NCBI GenBank assembly: GCA_030141605.1
Contig: JAQGDQ010002184.1
Location: 1 to 10,623 of the forward strand
Origin: Tubiluchus corallicola
Lineage: Eukaryota; Animalia; Priapulida
Length of the DNA: 10,623 nt
Direction: 5' to 3'
Part shown: positions 1 to 10,623 of the stretch, in pieces
How positions within the stretch are numbered: position 1 is the stretch's first letter
Layout: the number at the start of each line of letters is the position of its first letter
Program-made: the position numbers and the translations under genes
Notes under the pieces: generated by a model
The model's input: the letters and a program-made list of their open reading frames with translations, nothing else
Databases searched by the model: none
What the model was told of the DNA's origin: nothing

Positions 1-11
1 TACCAATTACA

Positions 12-43
12 TCAGTATATGATCATACCAATCATACCAACTA
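12..43 (+). repeat. Partial copy of the foldback arm with a 9-bp internal tandem duplication
   Basis: TCAGTATATGATCATACCAA..CTA matches 3231-3253; ATCATACCA is doubled at 22-39. Confidence 0.7.
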
Positions 44-366
44 CTTTACTATGCTAGCCTTTATAGCAGAACGTTTCGTAGCTATTACTATAAGTTCCTA
101 CTATAAAAACTAACAATAACTCGATAGATTAGTGGAACGCTTTATTCCATGCTCTAAAATTGTAAGAATAAAATAATATATACTTGGCAACGATAAAGAT
201 TTATTGAAATTGCTAAGACTTTTTCATATCTTGACGTACAAAATTAAAGTAGCAAAACGTTTTTATTCTAATCTTGTAGGCCTAATCGCATTATGAAATA
301 AGAAAAAATAATAATAAATAGATAAATAACTTCTAAAACTTTCCTAGCAGGTTCTCACGTACTTAC

Positions 367-5802
<5,436 letters not shown>

Positions 5803-5826
5803 TTCAATTCATTTTCAGACGACTAA

Positions 5827-5840
5827 TCACATGTGAGTCA
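5827..5840. promoter_or_regulatory. Overlapping E-box palindrome and AP-1 site just upstream of the copy A start codon
   Basis: TCACATGTGA perfect palindrome (5827-5836) overlapping TGAGTCA (5834-5840). Motif match only. Confidence 0.3.
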
Positions 5841-6146
5841 AGTGTAAATCACGTATTCAAAAGTAATTAAAACGTTCCAGTTCACATTTACTGACATACA
5901 ATATAAGTAGATACAGTACATACACTTTCACAATAGAATTGTATAACTTGACTTTGCATTCTAAATTAGCTCTGTAGGTTTTTAAACTCAATAATTTCGT
6001 GTTTCCATCTCACAGTTTCTATTTCACAGTAATATAGAACCCATTGTTTAGGCGAAGTGCCTATTATGACAAATTAAAAACCTTTTTTTCTGTAACCTAT
6101 AGTTTTACTTGCTTAAATGGACAATCTAAAGCTAAGCATACAACAC

Positions 6147-6442
6147 GTTCAGACTTGCGACCGTTCTTGCCAAGTCGCCAAGTAACTGGCAAAGTAACTC
6201 GCAAGCGTGTTCAGACAAGAAAACAGCACCTTCTGCCAGTTACTCTGCGACAATAAGCACGAATTGACACTCACTTCTCTCCTCCCTGCGAGTAGTGACG
6301 AGTAGTAGAGAGTGACTCGCCAAAGCGTTCACACTAGACAGTCTTTCTATCAGAGAGTTTGTAAATTCTTACCGACAGCAACTCGCAAAGCAGTCCACAG
6401 TTGCGATTTTACTGTCAGAGAAGGAGTCTGAACCTGCCGTTA
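6147..6442. mobile_element. Probable non-autonomous DNA transposon relic upstream of copy A
   Basis: GC-richer island with inverted GTTCAGACT (6147-6155)/AGTCTGAAC (6425-6433) and recurring GTTCAGAC/GTTCACAC and ACTCGC(A/C)A motifs. Confidence 0.55.
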
Positions 6443-6724
6443 GAATTAAATATGGTAATGGAACAGATTGAAAGAAGAACGCCATATTGTTCTAAATATT
6501 ATGATATCTATCAACGTTCCCTTTAAAGGTTTATATAGCATCTTGGCCTATACCACTTTTTTGGCTTAAACAAGAAAAGGCCTAATTAAAGCAAGTCTCG
6601 AAAAATTTTAGCTAAAGAATTATAATGGTTAGAGGCAATCTTAAGCATTGATCATACTCACGTTAAACAATTTCCTGTTTGTTTCATTTTAAATATTTTT
6701 AAATATTCCTGCGAGACTGTCACA

Positions 6725-6856
6725 GTGGCGCCACATTAGATGGCGTCACAGAACCACAACACAAGTCTTTGTAGTACACGTGCTCAGAACTCACTGCGAC
6801 TGTGTTCGAGTGACGTCATGCCACGTGATCAGTCACATGCTGGCTTTTCAATTGGC
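6725..6856. promoter_or_regulatory. CpG-rich cluster of promoter-like motifs
   Basis: Palindrome GTGGCGCCAC (6725-6734), AGATGGCG (YY1-like, 6738-6745), CACGTG (6777-6782 and 6822-6827), TGACGTCA CRE (6811-6818), GTCACATG (6832-6839), ATTGG (6851-6855). Motif match only. Confidence 0.4.
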
Positions 6857-7235
6857 GGACTAAATGTAACATGTCTGCGCCAACGTTTACTGCAGCGGTT
6901 GAAATATTTTACAAAAATTGGAGTAAATGTGAAAATGTGAGTACTTTGTTCGCTCAACGTTATACTTAGGTGATATAATTTTTTATTACGAATTTTCTGA
7001 GGCTTACTTTGGTTGACCATTTTCTTGCCTTTCAATATACTCCATAAGTGCTAAAATTTAATATTGGTACCTTTCTACCACACTAATTCTTATTTGATAG
7101 CCATAGGTTACAGAAAAAATGAACGATGAATTATGAACTCAGTGAACTTGATGAACAGCTAGCTTTCATTGTTATTGCCAGCTTAGAAAAAACTACGTTG
7201 TCGCACAATATCAATATTCAACGGTGAGTAACAGT

Positions 7236-7321
7236 CAATAGGCGATACAAATCTTGCTATCCTTGTATCAATGCTGCACTTTTCTTCTAAGTTTGATATC
7301 GTTATAGGTAGAGTAGCTGAT
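7236..7321 (-). pseudogene. SLC1A: Copy B exon 5 homolog, truncated after RFVSPI
   Basis: Acceptor ttttgtacag|A; 8 differences from copy A over 86 nt, then unrelated sequence running to TAA at 7185-7183. Confidence 0.88.
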
Positions 7322-8089
7322 CTGTACAAAAGTAAAATTGGAAATTTTGACATGTTGTAAAAAATCAAGTCAAACGTTGGTTTGATTATTTCTTAGGACA
7401 TTATTACTGCCTTTTATAACAAATTTATGCCCAGAAACAAACTGCTAAAGTACCACAATAAAAAAAACTTTAATACAAAATTTGACAAGAGTCTAAGAAT
7501 AAGAATCTGCTTTTCATTCATATCTGCCAACCAATTCTACAATTCCTCAATGATTCTATAACTAATTTGATTTTTAAAGGAAAGGCACATTTTTGGAAAT
7601 TATGTTTGCTTCAATGTTCGCAAAAAAATTTACAGGTATTTAGTAATAAAAGTGTGATAAGTGCCACGTGTAATTAGTAAAATCTCTTTAAAGTCGCGAT
7701 CATTGCGTTCCTCGGCATATTCAATGATCGTTCTTCCACCAATGACGTCATTCCACGCCTAAAGAAAAGCATCTCATGGGGAATTTCCTTCAAAAGTAGG
7801 CATTTACAAAAAATTGCACAGCTAATTTTGTAATACCTTTGCATTAGGCAGCTGCAGAAGTTGGAATTTGTTTAAGCAAATCGGAAAGCCACAATGCGCT
7901 TACGAAAAGTCACGAAATCCACCAGTTACACCATAATTCTCAAGTAAATGGCAGTTACCGCGGTGCCTGCAAATTCTATACAGCCGTTGCATAGATTAGT
8001 TAATGTTTTACAGGTAGTTTTTCTAAGTTTAAGTCATAACAGTAAAATAAGCCCAACACGCTAAGTGTTTGACCTTTTTTTAACTTTAC

Positions 8090-8323
8090 CTCGAAGCAGT
8101 GCCAAATGCTGTGAATAAAGCCTGCATCACTCCTTGTAGGTGTCGAAATGGATTCTTTCTTGTAATGATATAAAATAGCGCTGGCAGAAATATAAAAGAA
8201 TGAATGAGCACTCCTACTGTGATTGTGAGCAGGTACATGCCAATTCGGCCAAAAATCCGATGATGGTCGTCCCTCTCGACAATTTCCTCAACTATTAAAA
8301 AGCAGATTCCAATTGGAGAGAAC
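8090..8323 (-). pseudogene. SLC1A: Copy B exon 4 homolog (reading frame intact, 234 nt)
   Basis: ORF 8086..8331; acceptor tgtttag|G; donor AG|gtaaag; same length as copy A exon 4. Confidence 0.88.
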
Positions 8324-10278
8324 CTAAACAAAAGTCAAAATAGGAACGGACTGTTTCACCAAAACTTTTGAGGCTAAAATTTTCGAAATTTGATATAAAA
8401 GTAGTCAGAATTTGGTGATTTTACGAGAAAGTGGCGGAAAGGCTGACCAAATCATCATATCAAGTGGACCCGATCTTTGTCTGTTTGTTTTTGGAACTGT
8501 AAAATAATGTATCAGCATTCAAGGCCGCATTACCTATAGACTATTATAGGGACCCCAGGGACCCTCAAATATTAACACCTCTAATCATTTGACACCTTTC
8601 CTCACTTAACATCGCTTTTTTTTGTTTTAACGTCGATTTTTTGCCTGACTTTAAACATTAAAATCTCATTTTCTGAGTTTCTGCTCTATTAAGAAGCCCG
8701 CCGATTAACCCAGATCACCCTAACACAACTAAACCGAGCGCAGCCAATCAGCTACAGTTATAGGCAGGCTACGATGATTCATTCCTTTCCCGCATTTAAG
8801 TAAAATTCTTCTTCATGAAACGCAACAGTTTCAGGTGATAGGACAACAAGCACGTCTACAAGCAAAGAAAAGTCTTAAATAGCTGAGCACAATTGGTTTT
8901 TACTTTAGGAACGAAACGGAATGCTTTTATATTGCCTTTATGAAAAATAATGTTTCGTTTTGCGACGTTTCACATAGCGACGCTTTTTGCTGGAATGCTT
9001 AGTGTCGTTAAGCGAGGACTTAAGGTAGCATTTTAGTATTTTGCATTTCTGAATAATCCATTTAACTTAAATTGAAATTTCAACTTTAAAAAAGTAGGCC
9101 GGGAAAAGTCCAATTTTTAAAAAAAGTGACTCCTGTTTGAAGGTTTTACATTGAGATTAAGGGGTCCTGTTTAAAGACTTTTTTGAGATAAATTGCTCCA
9201 GTTTCAGTCCTAGCTGTAAATCACGGGGCCTCAGTCCATATTTGTTTATCACCTTGCTCATGCGAGAAACTTAGGTGATGACTACGAGAGACTTAGGAGT
9301 TTGAACGGGTACGTAAGTTCATTAGCCTAGTAGCCCAAAAGGTCATTCGTAGCCCTGGAGGTACTAGGTAATTGTTACAGTGTATTGGGCCAGTGGTGCA
9401 TGCCTAATAACTGAAAACCCTTTAGTATTTGGGAAATAACTTGTTCATGTTTATTTGTTTTAACCCTTGCTTTTCCTATCCATCAAGACTAAAACAAGTG
9501 AACAACCTTTCCGCTTAAAACAAAAAATATGGGTAATAACGATTGAAATATGCACAACTTTTATAATAACTGTGTGCTTGCAAACCACAAGTAATCCGTA
9601 AGTCAGCATAGTCAAAAATACGTTATGATGCTTCAAAGTAGAATGCAGCAAAAACTTGTTCAATTTTTTGTTTTTTTTAAAAAAAGAAATGCTGAATATA
9701 TTGGAGTTTTATATTCTAGCATCAAATTATCGAGAAAATGTTTAAAAAATACAAAAAATCTGATTTTGTAACCCAATACTCACTTTTCTGGCTAGAAGCT
9801 AATACAACAATTGTATAGAAATTGTATTTTCAAACCCTGCTTGTAAGTTGCTTTACTGTTGCCAAGCCCAGATTTCCTCAGGAAGAGCCATCTACTGGAT
9901 TTAAACGGAACTTCAATGTGTTCTTGCAAAGTCTGTAGCAACCAACAGTTCTGCGGTTGCTAAGTGTTTTGTACAAATGCAACAAAAAACAATGGCTGAT
10001 TTTAACAGTGATTTTCTCAAGATTATGTTTTTCAGTGTGCAGCCTGCATTTCAACTTCAATGTGGATTATCTCAGCTTAGAAATAACATAGAGTGATGAA
10101 CTTGGTATCAAGATGATCCTCATGAAATGGTGATTCAGGATATGTGAATAGCTTGAAGAGTCTAATTGCCGACTTGTGGACGATTTTGCTATGCAAGCAC
10201 ACAATTGACATATTTTTTCAATTATTTACAGAAAACTTTCATGCAAGTGAACGGCTTATAAACTCAGCCGATACTTAC

Positions 10279-10434
10279 CACATGAAAATATGAACAAGTT
10301 TAACGAAGGCCAAATTCAAAGAGCGAAAAAATCTCTAAGTGGCATCCCCTCGAGACGGCCAGTTACTACCCCAAAGGCTAAGCTCCAAATGGCAATCCCC
10401 ATAATGTTTACTACCGGTTCCGTTTCAATGGCGC
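10279..10434 (-). pseudogene. SLC1A: Copy B exon 3 homolog with 1-nt frameshift (IETEPVVNIMGIAIWSLAFGVVTGRLEGMPLRDF / RSLNLAFVKLVHIFMW)
   Basis: Donor TG|gtaagt at 10278 as in copy A. The two halves are in different frames across a T6 run that needs T7. The acceptor tgaaag|GC at 10435 is tentative (phase 1 fits). Confidence 0.8.
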
Positions 10435-10623
10435 CTTTCAAACAGTATTACTTGAAATTTAAAATGAAAACAAACAAAGAATCTTTTCAACACAAGTACG
10501 ATATACGCATAAAATTGCTGTAAAGTGATATAATTTTTAAGGCGATTTATCTGAAGCTTACTTCAGGTACCTCCTTTCTTATCCTTTAATAGAATGCCGT
10601 TAATAGAATAATATTAGCACATC

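Larger units (their letters stand above)
7236..10434 (-). pseudogene. SLC1A: SLC1A copy B, probable truncated pseudogene (exons 3, 4 and partial 5; 5' exons beyond window end)
   Basis: Three segments are homologous to copy A exons 3-5 in the same order and phase. There is a frameshift at 10326-10331. Homology stops mid-exon 5 at about 7236, and I found no NMDG/HP2/TM8 sequence between 7236 and 5802. Confidence 0.82.

Noticed and set aside
1-360. Search for the final SLC1A exon (DR.RT..N)
   Set aside because: No such frame found on the minus strand; it must lie outside the window.
8546-9175. Weak inverted matches (GGACCCC/GGGGTCC; CCTCACTTAAC/GTTAAGCGAGG) suggesting a DNA element in a copy B intron
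   Set aside because: Matches are short and unevenly spaced; no definable TIR or TSD.
9868-9975. Cys-rich peptide MCSCKVCSNQQFCGC* on the + strand, reminiscent of transposon CxC domains
   Set aside because: Too short, ends in a stop, and has no supporting flanking homology.
9460-10060. Short minus-strand ORFs 9460-9663 and 9878-10060 (also 2365-2562, 2494-2718, 4183-4416, 6044-6256, 6829-7035)
   Set aside because: Lengths expected by chance, lying in introns or repeats, with no recognisable domains.
10571-10623. Possible copy B exon 2 ending GGAG|gtacct
   Set aside because: All three minus frames have stops before the window end and there is no similarity to copy A exon 2.

Overview
AT-rich eukaryotic (animal-like, intron-containing) genomic DNA with two tandem minus-strand SLC1A (EAAT/ASCT-family amino-acid transporter) paralogs. 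Copy A has six phase-compatible GT-AG coding exons (5802-5263, 4352-4262, 3734-3539, 1993-1760, 1437-1243, 501-367; about 463 codons). Its last exon (TM8/C-terminus) must lie beyond position 1. Copy B, upstream, shows three exons (about 10434-10279, 8323-8090, 7321-7236) and looks disabled: a 1-nt frameshift, a Ser->Arg change in the HP1 motif, and truncation just before NMDG. Introns hold (GATA)n, (GA)n, G29 and (TG)n tracts, a decayed CR1 LINE split by a MITE, other MITE-like relics, and a 384-bp foldback element. The most notable signals are (i) a minimal Penelope-type hammerhead-like motif in the foldback with a compensatory U3:A8 core, (ii) a hybrid EAAT/ASCT substrate-site motif (NMDGAALYE) in copy A, and (iii) an opposite-strand spliced gene remnant at the breakpoint of copy B. 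All calls were made by eye, without database searches, and the organism was not identified.
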